From assembly GCA_951406725.2 (NCBI GenBank), contig OX597821.1, positions 58,342,001-58,406,000 of the forward strand: a DNA stretch of 64,000 bases. Reading direction: 5' to 3'. Below, piece by piece: positions 36,661 to 49,683 of the stretch. Source of the DNA: Octopus vulgaris. Taxonomy: Eukaryota. Numbering within the stretch: the stretch's first letter is position 1; each line of letters starts with the position of its first letter. The notes under the pieces were generated by a model. The model did no database searches, had not been told where the DNA came from, and saw only the letters and a list, made by a program, of their open reading frames with translations. A program made the position numbers and the translations under genes.

Positions 36661-38049
36661 AACAAACTAATTTTCGTGGAAGGAAAAGTAGGAATTCAAC
36701 TTTTGATTTAATTTTTTCTAAGGATATAAAAACACTATTTTAAAAACATTTCGTCCCCTTTATTTAAACTAAACTCGTATACACACTAAGATAGTTGCGA
36801 CATTGATAGCCTCTCCAAATTTAAATACTGTGTTGAGTAGCGAAAAGAATTGAAACTGTACCAGCTTGTACACAGCACCTATCTTAGCCACCACCTAAGT
36901 TTTTTCATCTTACTGAATGACAAGATATCTGCAATATACCCAAACGTTTATACAAAGCAGTATGAAAGAGTGAAGTTACATTCGTGGTGCTTGGTTAAAT
37001 GCGCACGCCAACATCGACCTGGTTACCTGCTTTTTTATTTTGGTCTGTTCCACCTGGTCAACTTGCATGTAGGCATAAATGAAACAAAGACAACTTATCA
37101 AAATTACTAAGCAATATTTCTTTAGTAAAATTATGTTGTTTTCCTTATTTATTTTAACTTTCAGTTTTGCAAAACTTTCAACGCATCGATCGAAAGTCGA
37201 GTTTGACCTCTTAGTATAGCAGGAGTGATTTCCCCTGTTTATATATACTTTTCTACATGTATTATTTTCACTCGACGCGTTTTACCTTAAATTTCTTCAA
37301 CATATAACCCTAAATAGACTTGTGTTTGGAATTGATGAATTTAGAAATATCATTAATGTGTGTGAAATTAATTGTGAGATAAATGACAACGTTATATGCA
37401 TGTCAGTGAAATTTTAAATTTAATTCTTCTCTATTCGAGCCCTGTTGATGATGTGTATTTAAAAAATGAATACACTGAAAGAATTCACTTCATTTGAAAA
37501 TATACTATACCCTCCAAGATAATCCTTAAACTGATTTGGCCATTTATTATTTTAAAAGTTGATGTTTGGTCCCAGGCTTGCCATGGTCGAAAACATTCTA
37601 GCTATGATCATCTCGTTTATTTAGACTGTATCTACATTAGCCAATGGGTTCTTCGTATTTATGACGGTAGTACGTGATCTGAGATGGGTGCAGAGCAATG
37701 AGCATTGCTGACTTGTGTAGCTCTATCGAACAACCAATGTCATATAAAGACGGTTCCCGTTAAGCGAGTCCGTCGTCTGTATCACCAAACCCTCACTGCC
37801 TCCCTTTAGCCAGGAAAAGCAAAGACTTTTCTTGTTTGGTGGGTGTGTGAAGAGGACTTACGACGGATAAGTTTGAAAGGACTCAAATAAACACTTTATT
37901 CTTTGGGCTAGTTCTCAACTTCTTCCAGATCCACTGGTTGAGGGAATTACTGCCCTTCTGTAAATTTGCTAAAAGGTAAGTAAGAATGGCCTGGGTGAAT
38001 GGACCTGCACTCAACACGTGCTTTGGGTGCGGGAAATACAATTAGAAGA

Positions 38050-40300
38050 GGGCACTTGCGAGTGAACGGGCAGGATCGTTAGCAAATAAGACAAAATGCT
38101 CCGTAAATGGCGCAAGTTGAACTTTGCCTTTCATTCCTAAGATAAAGTACCAGTCGAGTACTAGAGTCAATATAATTGACTTGACCCATCCCCTCAAAAA
38201 TTACTGGCCTTGAACCTTACAAGTTCAGGAGAATGCTGCGATATCACTTATACGCCAGGGAAACTGAGTTATCGGACTTAGGAGTCCTATGGCTCAAAAA
38301 ATGTTAATGAAATTTTCTTTAGTGATAAATATAATCCCTAATGGGCTCTTTGATTGGTTCGTGATTGCTGCCCCTTTCGTCGGATATCTCATTTCATGCT
38401 CATTATAGAGATATTTTGTTTTCCATTCTTTTATTTTTTTTACAAATTCTCATGTTTTTGTCATTTGACTTTGTAATGCCCATTCATCTATTACCTCATA
38501 GCAAATAAAAGAAACCGAGCCAACTTTGCCATTTGCCCTTTTGGGGTCAGTAAAATAAGCACCAGCTTAGTTCCGGAGTTAATATAATCAACTTAACCCC
38601 TCCCCCAAAATTACTGGCTTTGTGCCAAAATTTGAAGCCATTCTTCTTCTTATTATTATTATTATCATCATCATCATCATTATCAAGTGGTGAGGTGCCA
38701 GAAACGTTAGCACGTCAGGTGAAATGCTTAGCGGTATTTCGTCGTCTTTACGTTCTGAGTTCAAATTCCACCGAGGTCGACCTTGCCTTTCATCTTTTCA
38801 GGGTCAATAAATTAAGTACCAGTTGCATACTAGGGTAAATCTAATTGACTAACCCATTCCCCAAAAATTTCGTGCCTTGTGCCTAGAGCAAAAAAGAATT
38901 GTTAGCCAACCAGGCAAAATGCTTAGAGGTATTTCGTCTGTTTTTACATTCTGAGTTCAAATTCTGCCACGGTCAACTTTGCCTGTCATCCTTTCATGGT
39001 CAATGAAATAAGTACCAGTTATGCACTGGGGTCAATGTAATCAACTAGTCCCCTTCCCAAATATTTTAGACCTTGTGCCTATAGTAGAAAGGATTATTAT
39101 CATTAAGATGGCAAGCTGGCAGAATCACTAGCATGCCGGGCTTAGCGGGATTTCTTCCAACTTAACGTCCTGAGTTCAAATGTTGCTAAGGTCAACTTTG
39201 CATTTCATTCTTTCAGAGTCGATAAAATAGGTATTGGTTGAATACTGGGGTCTATATAATTGATTTGCCCCCTCCTGAAATTTCTGCTTTGTTCCAAAAT
39301 TTGAAATCCTTAAAATCAAAATCAATTCGATGACTGGCATCCGTGCTAGTGGGGTGCAAAGAGCACCATATGAGTGTGATCATTGACAGAGCAGCTATTC
39401 GAATGTGGTCGTTACCAGCGTCGCCTTACTGGCACTTATGCCTGTGCTAGTAGGGTGCCAAGAGTACCATCCAAGCGTGATCGTTGCCAGAGCAGCCAAC
39501 TGGCTTCCATACCTGTGGCATGTAAAAGGGGACCATTTGAGCGTGATCGTTACCAACGTCGCTTCACTGGCACCTGTGCCGGTGGCATGTGTAAAAAGAT
39601 TCGAGCGAGGTCATTGCCAGTACCGCCTGACTGGACCCCATGCTGGTGGCACGTAAAAAGCACCCACTACACTCTCGGAGTGGTTGGCGTTAGGAAGGTC
39701 ATCCAACTGTAGAAACTCTGCCAGATCAAGATTGGAGCCTGGTGCAGCCATCTGGTTCGCCAGCCCTCAGTCAAAATCGTCCAACCCATGCTAGCATGGA
39801 AAGCGAACGTTAAACGATGATGATTGGGTGAGAGAGCAGTGCATGCCATCAAAGTGACACTGGGGTAAAATATTATTATTATTATTATTACATAATGGTG
39901 GCGACCTGGCAGAAACGTTAGCATGTCGGACGAAATGCTTAGCGGTATTTCGTCTGCCGTTACATTGTGAGTTCAAATTCCACCAAGGTCGACTTTGCCT
40001 TTCATCCTTTCGGGATCGATAAATTAAGTACCAGTTACGCACTGGGGTCGATGTAATCAACTTAATCTGTTTGTCTGTCCTTGTTTGTCCCCTCTGTGTT
40101 TAGCCCCTTGTGGGTAGTAAAGAAATAAGTATTTCACTTGTCGCTATGTTCTGAGTTCAAATTCCACCAAGGTCAACTTTTCCTTTCATCCTTTCAAAAT
40201 ATGTACCAATTGAACACTGGGGTCGATGTAATTGTTTCATCCCCTCCCCCAAAATTGCTGCCCTTGTGGCAAAATCTGAAACCACCACCACCACCACCAT

Positions 40301-40351
<51 letters not shown>

Positions 40352-40360
40352 TATTATTAA

Positions 40361-40426
<66 letters not shown>

Positions 40427-42130
40427 GGTGGTGAGCTGGCAGAATCATTAGCATGCCAGACAAAATACTTGCCATCATTTCATCCATCTTTACGTTCTGA
40501 GTTCTAATTCCACTGAGGTTGACTTTGCTTTTTATCCTTTCAAGGTTGATGAAGTAAGTGCCAGTCAAACACTGGAATTGATGTAATCAACCAGTCCCCA
40601 CCCCCAGAACTTCAGGCCTTGTGCATATAGTACAAAGGATTGATAATGATGATGAGGAGAAGGACTACCACTGAGACAGAAATCTACATTCTAAGTTCAA
40701 ATCCCATCACAGCAAACTTTACGTTTCATCCTTCAGAGTCAATAAAATAGGTATAAAGCTAGTACTAGGCACTAGTACCAGACTAGTATTATATATATAT
40801 ACCCAGCCCTATTCCCCATGTTTTTTAGGAGTGGATAGCCACAACAAGACTCCCACCAGACATTCTATTCATTTCCCAACTCAAAGAGGCAAGCCCCATT
40901 CTATGCTGGATCAAGACATAGAACACAACCCCCAATATCAGCAGCGGGGCCCAACAGCAAATGCTTGTTTGCCCCTGCCGTATCATGCTGGTTCCATACC
41001 CCTTTGAGCAACATCACTCACGTGCCCACAAACAATCTCCAAGCTTTCCTATCATTTATAAATTCTCTTGCCTCTTTCATTCCAACACCTCCAACCACCA
41101 AAGCTTTCTTCACTCCATCACACCAACCAAAGCCCTCAAACATCTCATCTCAAACACATCTAGTCGCCTCTACCAGACTAGCACCCACTGAATAAATCTT
41201 GGCATTCTATATAGCGTTAGTGGTAAGCAAGAGCAACAATGTTCTCTGAGAAACTGGGCATCAACAAAAATAAACGCACTGGACTGTTCCAAAGGACTTT
41301 TGAACCTGGTACCCCTGGGTAAATTTCAGATGGTGGTGAGGGAGGATATTACTGGTTCAAGATAAATTCTACAGGCATAGAAGTTCCACCAGCTAGGCTT
41401 GTCCAGGATACCTACTGGTGTCCAAGCATTGCTGTCTTGCGGAGTTATGAGAAACACCTGCAGTGTTTATCTGTCAGGTGGCTTCAGCAAAGGAGGTCGT
41501 GTTGGGCCAGATTGAAAGGGCTGAAAACAAAGACCTTTTTCTTTGGCTAAACCCTCATCTACATTTTCAAACTTCTCTTGAAAAGGAAAGTGAGGGTAGA
41601 GAGGGAATTGTTGCTTTAACACAGTCGGTAAAAGGAGGGTGAGTGTTGAGAATGATCTGTGTGAACAGGCCTGTTCTAAGTGTGCACCAATGGATGGAAG
41701 AAGAATAACAGGGAAAGAGAACTTGACTTAGTGATCAAGGTGGTTTTGTGGGATTTCCATGAGTAGGAGGTTTCCCCTTTTGGAGAATCATTCTTTATTT
41801 GGAATTTATTGTTTCTTTGTAACTGTTATCCTCCATTTTACATAGTCTTTTTATATAAGCCCCGTGCCATTAGCAATGTTTTTGTTAGCCCATCATCATT
41901 AATAAAAAAAAACATCATCATCAAGGCAACAAGCTGGGAGAATCTGTTTCATTCCTGACAAAATGCTGTTAACCATTTTGTCCATCTTTACATTCTGAGT
42001 TCAAAAGTCACCAAGGTCAACTTTGCCTTTCGTCTGTTCAGGATTGATAAACTAAGCACTAGTTGAGTTCTAGGGAGCAATTCACTAACTTGCTCCCCAG
42101 AAATTTCAGGCCTTGTGCCTATAGTAGGAA
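38050..42130 (+). repeat. Cluster of about 10 same-orientation family-B SINEs with interspersed microsatellites and an RTE tail
   Basis: Heads/cores at about 38080, 38510, 38690, 38900, 39107, 39897, 40130, 40427, 40680 and 41925, all on +. Confidence 0.85.
40281..40425. repeat. (CCA)n(TCA)n(TTA)n compound trinucleotide microsatellite
   Basis: Directly visible; lies between two SINE-B copies. Confidence 0.95.
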
Positions 42131-43212
42131 GGATTGTCGTTGTCATCATCATCATCATGTTTTATGCCAGTTTTACCATAGCAGTAAAAGTTGGATGTAT
42201 CTATATAACATTTGGTATAATCATAAACAGGGCAAATTTTAACCATTTCTCCACAGACTGAAAAAATGATGAACAACCTTAATTGATTTTCAAACCTTAT
42301 TGAGTTCTCATCAGAGGCGTCTACATCATTCTGACAGTCTCCAGTCTATAGTATCTCCCATTCATCATGTTCCTTTATTATGTGGCACATACAGCAAGAA
42401 AACCAATGAATTTTGCTGTTGCCTATGTTCTAGGAGGCTTTTTGTTCATTTGTTTGTCTGTTTTTTTATTGAAATGATTGGATATTCTTCCATTCACCAA
42501 CCACCTTACAACATTGATTTGGTGCATTTTATTGCATCACATTTGCTACAGATGTTCTCTGCAACAAGAACAAAGACTCTTCTCTACTCCAATCCAGTTT
42601 TTTTTTTTTTTAAATTACTACCAGTAGCATGCTAGGTAACGTAGCTACTGGTGGGATTTGGGTATAGAAGCAGTCTGCCTTGGGTGACAACATTATGGGG
42701 ACTGGCACTTTTGGGTTTGCTGTATAAGACTGTATAGGGGTGGTGGGAGGAGTAAACTCAAGGGCAGCTCCAGGCAGCATACACTCTAAGTCATGCCACC
42801 GATTACTGTTGTTCGAGACTAGCTGCCTGCAATGTGGCTTGTGGAGTCAATATTTCCTCAGATCATTCCTGAAATGTTCACAGAAAAGAATAAGGTCAAA
42901 GTAGCTTCTACAAAATTTTGGGGCTTTTTTTTTTTCTTTGTCATTAGCATGTCTGGGTAGTTAAGAAGCTCACAATGTAACCACTGCACAGAACCTCTCC
43001 TACTATAGTCCTGTGCCGACCAATGTCATCTGAGTAAATTTGATAGATGGAAATTGTGTGGAAACCCATTGTATATCATCATCATTTCGAGCATTGAATG
43101 ACAATATGAGTCTTCGAAGACAGTTGCTCCCATAAGTATCAAAATAAAATTTGGAATTTATGGAGGGTCAAAGCTGGGAACAAAAACAGGACAGTGGATA
43201 TATATATATATA

Positions 43213-43372
43213 TATTATTTACATTGGATAGATATGTGTCCTCATCTTGTTTGTTGTTACCACAACATTTCAGCTGATTTACTCTCCAGCCTTCATCAGG
43301 TGTCCTGGTAGAATTTTGGACCTTAGGAATGAGAATGTACAGAATTCCTCATCTCTAAAACACAGAACAGCA
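43213..43372 (-). mobile_element. Second, degenerate copy of the hammerhead-containing Penelope-like element
   Basis: Minus 43261-43303: acac-CTGATGA-a-ggctg...cagct-GAAA-tgtt-gtg. Shares ccttaggaatgagaa and aattcctcatctct with 28889-29332; flanked by (TA)n. Confidence 0.7.
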
Positions 43373-43376
43373 ATAA

Positions 43377-43443
<67 letters not shown>

Positions 43444-43444
43444 T

Positions 43445-44190
43445 AAGCATCGCCTGGCCCCGTGCCGGTGACACGTAAAAGCACCATCCGTTCGTGGCCG
43501 TTCGCCAGCTCTGTCTGGCACCTGTGCAGGTGGCACGTAAAAAACACCCACTACACTCGCGGAGTGGTTGGTGTTAGGAAGGGCATCCAGCCGTAGAAAC
43601 ACTGCCAGATCTGACTGGGCCTGACGAAGCCTTCCAGCTTCACAGACCCCAGTTGACCCGTCCAACCCATGCTAGCATGGAAAGCGGACGCTAAACGATG
43701 ATGATGATGATGATGATATATATATACAATAGTAACAATCTCTTTTTGTCTCGCAATGTACAAAGCAAACTTGCTAGTGACAGTGCTACAATAAAGTGCA
43801 CACCTTGTAGGAAGGATATGAACAATATGAAGCCATACTAGCCATGCTAAAATAAAATATGACGAGCATATGTATACATATATAGTAACATCTAGGAAAG
43901 GTTGTAACAAAACACAAGAGAACACTGACAACAAAAAGGCCTGTAATTTATTTCATAATTCAGCACCATCCGTTTGTGGCCGTTTGCCAGCTCTGTCTGG
44001 CACCTGTGCAGGTGGCACGTAAAAAACACCCACTACACTCACGGAGTGGTTGGCATTAGGAAGGACATCCAGCTGTAGAAACACTGCCAGATCTGACTGG
44101 GCCTGACGAAGCCTTCCAGCTTCACAGACCCCAGTTGAACCGTCCAACCCATGCTAGCATGGAAAGCGGACGCTAAATGATGATGATGAG
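43445..44190 (+). repeat. Two near-identical RTE 3' tails (43480-43715 and 43960-44190)
   Basis: They share a diagnostic body (gctctgtctggcacctgtgcaggtggcacgtaaaaaacaccc...gcctgacgaagccttccagcttcacagacccc) and a (GAT)n end. Confidence 0.85.
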
Positions 44191-44689
44191 ATAAGGAAGT
44201 AAAAATATCCTGTCTATTGCTGCATCTTTTGTGTCTTCATCTACACAATATCTCTATCAATTTAATATCCAATTATCAAGAGTTCTATTCTTGGGTATAT
44301 ACATTGTCCCTGTTCACTTTTGAAGAGTAAAGGTGTCATTTCACTGTTCTTTATATATCTCAACCAAGCTGCAAGTATTGAATCTCTGGAGTTATGGCTT
44401 GAAACTGAACTTGAAATTCTTGGCTCAGTAACCACAATGGTAATAAGTTCCTTTGGTAGGTAAATGCCTGCCCAATCTCCCCACATTATGAAGAGCTTAT
44501 AGGAATCATCATCATCATCATCATTTAACATCTGTTTTCCATGCTGGTATGGGTTACATGATTTGACAAGGAGCTGGCCAGCCAGAGAACCACAGGCACG
44601 ACTTTTACAGCTGGATGCCCTTCCTAATGCCAACCACTTCGTGCGTTTCCTGTGACACCAGCACAGTACTTTGTATGAGAAACCAGCAA

Positions 44690-45300
44690 GGGTGCTGTTT
44701 ACATGACACTAACAGATGTGCTTTTTACATGGCACCAGTATGGGTGCTTTTTACATGGCACTAGCATGGGTGCTTTTCATGTGGCACCACCATGGGTGCT
44801 TTTCATGTGGAACCAGCATGGGTGCTTTTTATGTGGCACCAGCATGGGTGCTTTTTATGTGGCACCAGCATGGTGCTTCTTACATGGCACCAGCATGGGT
44901 GCTTTTTACATGGCATCAGCACAGTGCTTTGTATGTGGCACCAGCATGGTGCTTTTTATGCATGGTGCTTTTATGCATGGGTGCTTTTTACATGGCACCA
45001 GCATGGGTGCTTTTCATGTGACACCACCATGGGTGCTTTTCATGTGGAACCAGCATGGGTGCTTTTCACATGGCACCAGTATGGGTGCTTTTTATGTGGC
45101 ACCAGCATAGTGCTTCTTACATGGCACCAGCATGGGTGCTTTTTATGTGGCACCAGCATGGTGCTTCTTACGTGGCCCCAGCATGGGTGCTTTTTACATG
45201 GCACCAGCATGGGTGCTTTTCATGTGGCACCAGCATGGTGCTTCTTATGTGGCACCAGCATGAGTGCTATTTATATGGTGCTTTTTACATGACACCAGCA
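44690..45300. repeat. Minisatellite, unit of about 24-26 bp, atggcaccagcatgggtgctttttac (roughly 24 units)
   Basis: Directly visible tandem array. The unit is the reverse complement of the RTE 3'UTR motif gtaaaaagcaccc...gctggtggcac; it abuts a minus-strand RTE tail (44505-44640). Confidence 0.9.
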
Positions 45301-46769
45301 CATGTCAATATAATTATTAGTGAAGTGATAAAATGGGTTGAACTCTGGATGAAATACCTTTCAATACTTACTTCCGTTGTTCCAGACTTTAAATTGCAAG
45401 CCTACTAGAGCCAACTTCACCTTTCACCTTTTCAGAGGCAATAAAAATATTACTGAAAGCAATTCACATATTTGTGGCCTGCTGCTAATGTCACAAATCA
45501 TTATTATGAATTTATGAAGGACTTTAAAGCAGCTGAAACAGTCAAGTGCTAAAACTCTTCTCCTATATCAGTGTGAATTTCTATTCTACTCCCACCCTCC
45601 ATAATTTATGGCTTAATCAAAGGACAGCATCTATAACAATTTTTAGAGGGTCTGTGAGACTTTTAGAGCAAAACAGGAATAAAGAAACCATAACTCAAAA
45701 GATATTACTGAAGCAAGCAGTAGTGACATAGCTAGAGAGTGTGCCATCCAGGGTGGCACTTTAGTTTGCTCTAACTGCCGGGTGCCCAAGCCTAAATTGG
45801 TTTATACAGCTGACACAAAATTGTAGCCTCCATAAAAGTACTGCCTGAGGCAGCCCATCCTCTTTACCACTGGAAAGCAGTATTTCAAGTTCCTGATACA
45901 TTATGGGGGTGTGTACAAACTAATACCAGTCATCAACTAATGGGGTGGTGATAAACACAAAGACATATATATACATGTATATATATACATTCCGAACCAC
46001 AATACCCTGTATGCAACTAGCTACAGATAACTAACGAAATGTATTATAATCACACTAAGTGTAACTAAGTTTATTAAGCGAGGTGCCTTTTTAAAAATCA
46101 CCTGATGAGACACATCTACACCAAATAATGCACCACAACCGTTTGTACAACATCTCATCAGCAAAGGACCAATGCAAGTTTCATCTACTGTAGCCTCAAG
46201 CTGACCAAAGCCTTATGAGTGGATTTAGTAGATGGAAACTGAAAGAAGCCCATCATATATATATATAATATATATGTGTTTGTGTGTGTGTGTATATATA
46301 TATATGTATGTATTTATGTGTGTGTCTTTGTATTTATGTTTGTGCCCCCACCATTGCTTGACAATTGATGTTGGTGTGTTTATGTCTCCTGTAACCTAGT
46401 AGTTTAGTAAAAGAAACTGATAGAATAAGTGCTAGGCTTACAAAACAATCGATGGGTCAAAACAATCATAGTGATTAATAAGGAATTTCATGAATTCCAT
46501 TTTCTCTTTCTTTCATTTGTTATATACTCAACGGACATGAAAGAATCCCTGAAGTAAATCCAGTGACACTTATATCCACACTGTTGATGACATCAGGTAG
46601 CCACAGACAGTGAACATGCTTTAAATAGCATATTACCAGGTGAGTACTCAAATTTAAAATAATTACTTTACACTGGGTTACATCCATAGCTTAAGATGTT
46701 CCCAGTGTAAGCAGGTGCAGCAACATCAAAGGAAAATTAACCAAGATGATAGCTTCTGTGTATGGCAGA

Positions 46770-46990
46770 TGCATCACTCCAGGGGGAGAAAACGAGGTAA
46801 TTTCTACTCTTCTCCTCTGGAAGCCATCTGTTCACAATACCAGAGGGCGCACACTCTCCTACCCTGATGTAATCTCCAGGGATACAGGCATCCAGCAACA
46901 GGACCTCCGTAATGCTATGATGGACCGTGAAGTCTGGTAAAACAGTAAATTCCATTGTCTCGACCATAGTCGAACAATGATGATGATGAG
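46770..46990 (+). mobile_element. 5'-truncated RTE-clade LINE (second family), 3' end
   Basis: LLLWKPS...RGRTLSYPDVISRDTG...DLRNAMMDREVW*, followed by a (GAT)n tail. Confidence 0.7.
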
Positions 46991-47980
46991 GGGGAGAAAC
47001 TAGAAGTAGTTGATAGTTTCCGCTACCTGGGTGACCAAGTTAGTAGTGGAGGTGGATGCTCAGAGAGTGTCACCACTAGAATACAAATAGCCTGGGCAAA
47101 GATTAGAAAGCTTCTACCCCTACTGGTGACAAAGGGTTCCTCGCTCAGAGTGAAAGGTAGATTGTACGACGCATGTGTGCAAACTGCTGTGCTTCATGGT
47201 AGTGAAACATGGGCTGTGACTGCAGATGACATGCGTAGGTTTGAAAGAAATGAAGCTAGCATGATCCACTGGATGTGTAATGTCAGTGTGCACACACGAA
47301 AGAGTGTAAGTGCCCTGAGAGAAATGCTGGACATAAGAAACATTGGATGTGGTGTGCAAGAGAGACGTCTGCGCTGGTATGGTCATGTACTACGGATAGA
47401 TGAGGAGAGATGTGTGAAGAAGTGCCACTCCCAAACAGTTGACGGTATCTGGGGGAGAGGTAGACCCAAGAAGACATGGGATGAGGTGGTCAAGCAGGAC
47501 CTTCGAATGCTGGGCCTCACAAAGGCAATGAGGAAAGACCGAGATCTCTGGAGGTATGCTGTGACTGCAAAGACCCGACAAATAACATGAGTTCATGACT
47601 GTTTCCTGCACCGGTTTTGCATAGCAGCCCCAGCCCATCCAAAGTACCTTGGATTGCAGAACAACGTGCTGTACTTACCTTGGATCGTAGGGTGACCTGC
47701 GAACATGCACCATCTGAACATGGCCAATGCCAGCACTGCCTTAACTGGTTTCCGTGCCGGTGGCACGTAAAAAGCACCAACCGATCGTGGCCGCTGCTGG
47801 CTTCCCCTGGCATCTGTGCCGGTAGCATGTAAGAAGCACCCACTACACTCATCTGCTGTAGAAACACTGCCAGATCAGACTGGAGCCTGGTGCAGCCTCC
47901 TGGCTTCCCAGACCCTGGTCGAACCGTTCAACCCGTGCTAGCACGGAAAACGGACGTTAAACGATGATGATGATGATGAT
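46991..47980 (+). mobile_element. 5'-truncated RTE LINE: ORF2 C-terminus plus 3'UTR ending in (GAT)n
   Basis: EKLEVVDSFRYLG...RIQIAW...LHGSETWA...RRLRWYGHVLR...GRGRPKKTW (stop 47590). The 3'UTR matches the about 20 isolated tails in the window (e.g. 7480, 10795, 11085, 13000, 13540, 16180, 22300, 39310, 57655, 58085, 63050). Confidence 0.92.
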
Positions 47981-49217
47981 ATATATATACATATGTTCTT
48001 TTCTTTTACTTGTTTCAGTCACTTGACTGCAGCCATGCTGAAGCACCACCTAAAAGGGTTTTAGTTGAATAAATCAACCCCAGGACTTATTCTTTGTAAG
48101 CCTAATACTTAGTCTATCAGTTTCTTTTGCTGAACCACTAAGTCACAGAGATGTAAACATACCAACATCAGTTGTCAAGTGATGGTGGGGTAACAAACAC
48201 AGACACAAAAACACATACACACATAGATATATGTGGCTGTATAGTAAGAAGCTTGCTTCCCAACCACATGGTTCCAGGTTCAGTCCCACTATGTGGCATC
48301 TTGGGCAAATGTCTTCTACTATTGCCTCTGGACAACCAAAGCCTTGTGAGTTGATTTGGTTGACGGAAACTGAAAGAAGCTCATCATATATATATATATG
48401 TGTATATGTATATATGTATGTGTCTGTTTGTCCCCACCACCACCACCTTCGCTTGACAACCAATAGAATAAGTACTTGGCTTATAAAGAATAAGTCCTGG
48501 GGTAGATTTATTCGACTAAAGGTGGTGCTCCAGCATGGCCGCAGTCAAATGACTGAATCAAGTAAAAGAATATATATATATATACACACAATGGGCTTCT
48601 TTCAGTTCCCATCTATCAAATCCACTCACAAAACTTTGGTCAGCCTAAGGTCATCGTAGAAGACACTTGCCCAAGGTATCACACAGTGGGACTGAACCTG
48701 CAACCATGTGGTTGGGAAGCAAGCTTCTTACTGCACAGCCATGCCTGCATCTATATAATACATACAATAGAAATAAAAACAAAATTGCATTTTCACAAGT
48801 AACGTTTTTTTTAAAAAACATTAACACACACATTTAAATAAATTAATGTTGATATGCTGAGTCGGCTAACAATCACTCAATCAGTTAAGATTTAATTCCT
48901 TTTTAGATTAATTTTTTGCCTTGATGAAATATTAAATTCACTATATTCAAATTACATCTTTAATTATTTGTAATTTGAATTGAATTGAATATAGAAACAA
49001 TTATAGGTTGCATGAATTTGATATTATGCTAATAAATTGATGTCTATCTGTCGATCTCTCCATTTTCTTCTTATACATAAATGAAAATTTACTCTTTTGT
49101 ATTGGAGAGAAGCTAACATCTTTGTAGTATTTCACTGTTATACAGGATATAACTGGGGAACGGGGAACTTGGATGCTAACATCCCTTCAAGAGGTATCTA
49201 TATCCTCACAATAACAA

Positions 49218-49256
<39 letters not shown>

Positions 49257-49257
<1 letters not shown>

Positions 49258-49500
49258 CGGGAAGCTTTATGAAAATAGACAAAAGACGAAGGCAGGTTTA
49301 CGGAAATAAACAAAGGACGAAGGCAGGTGGAATACAAACAAACAATTGTATTAGTATGGCACTCAGGAAATATAAATAAAACAAGTCTTTAACGTTTCGA
49401 GCCTACGCTCTTCAACAGAAAGATACACAGAGAAAAAACACAGAAAGAAGGAGAGAAAAAAAATATGCGTGCAGAAGCTAGCGAATCAACATGGCGATCA
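49257..49500 (-). mobile_element. Penelope-like fragment with a variant hammerhead (49386-49423), embedded in (TA)n
   Basis: Minus: tcttt-CTGTTGA-a-gagc-gtag-gctc-GAAA-cg-TT-aaaga. Sister copy at 50595-50730. Confidence 0.65.
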
Positions 49501-49683
49501 TATATATATATGTTGGCTTTAGGAAGAGAATTCAATAGTGGAAACCAAGCCAAAAACATACTTTAGAACCTGGAATGTAACTCCTGACTTAGCCAGTATC
49601 TGTCAAGCCAGCCAACCCATGCCAGCATGGAAAACAGATATTAAATGATGATGAGGATGATATGTGTGTGTGTGTGTGTGCAA

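Noticed and set aside
40950-41800. Possible decayed Penelope RT coding remnants
   Set aside because: Only a vague compositional resemblance; no diagnostic motif could be read.
44262-44500. Open stretch of about 80 codons on minus (SYKLFIMWGDW...)
   Set aside because: No splice sites, start codon or recognisable domain; the ORF start lies in an RTE tail.
44690-45300. Regular repeat array as a CRISPR, or as a repetitive protein gene (ORFs 44703-45408)
   Set aside because: No unique spacers, no cas genes, eukaryotic context. The unit derives from the RTE 3'UTR, and frames are open only because the unit lacks stops.
46102-46108. CTGATGA as a hammerhead core
   Set aside because: No stem II or GAAA downstream.
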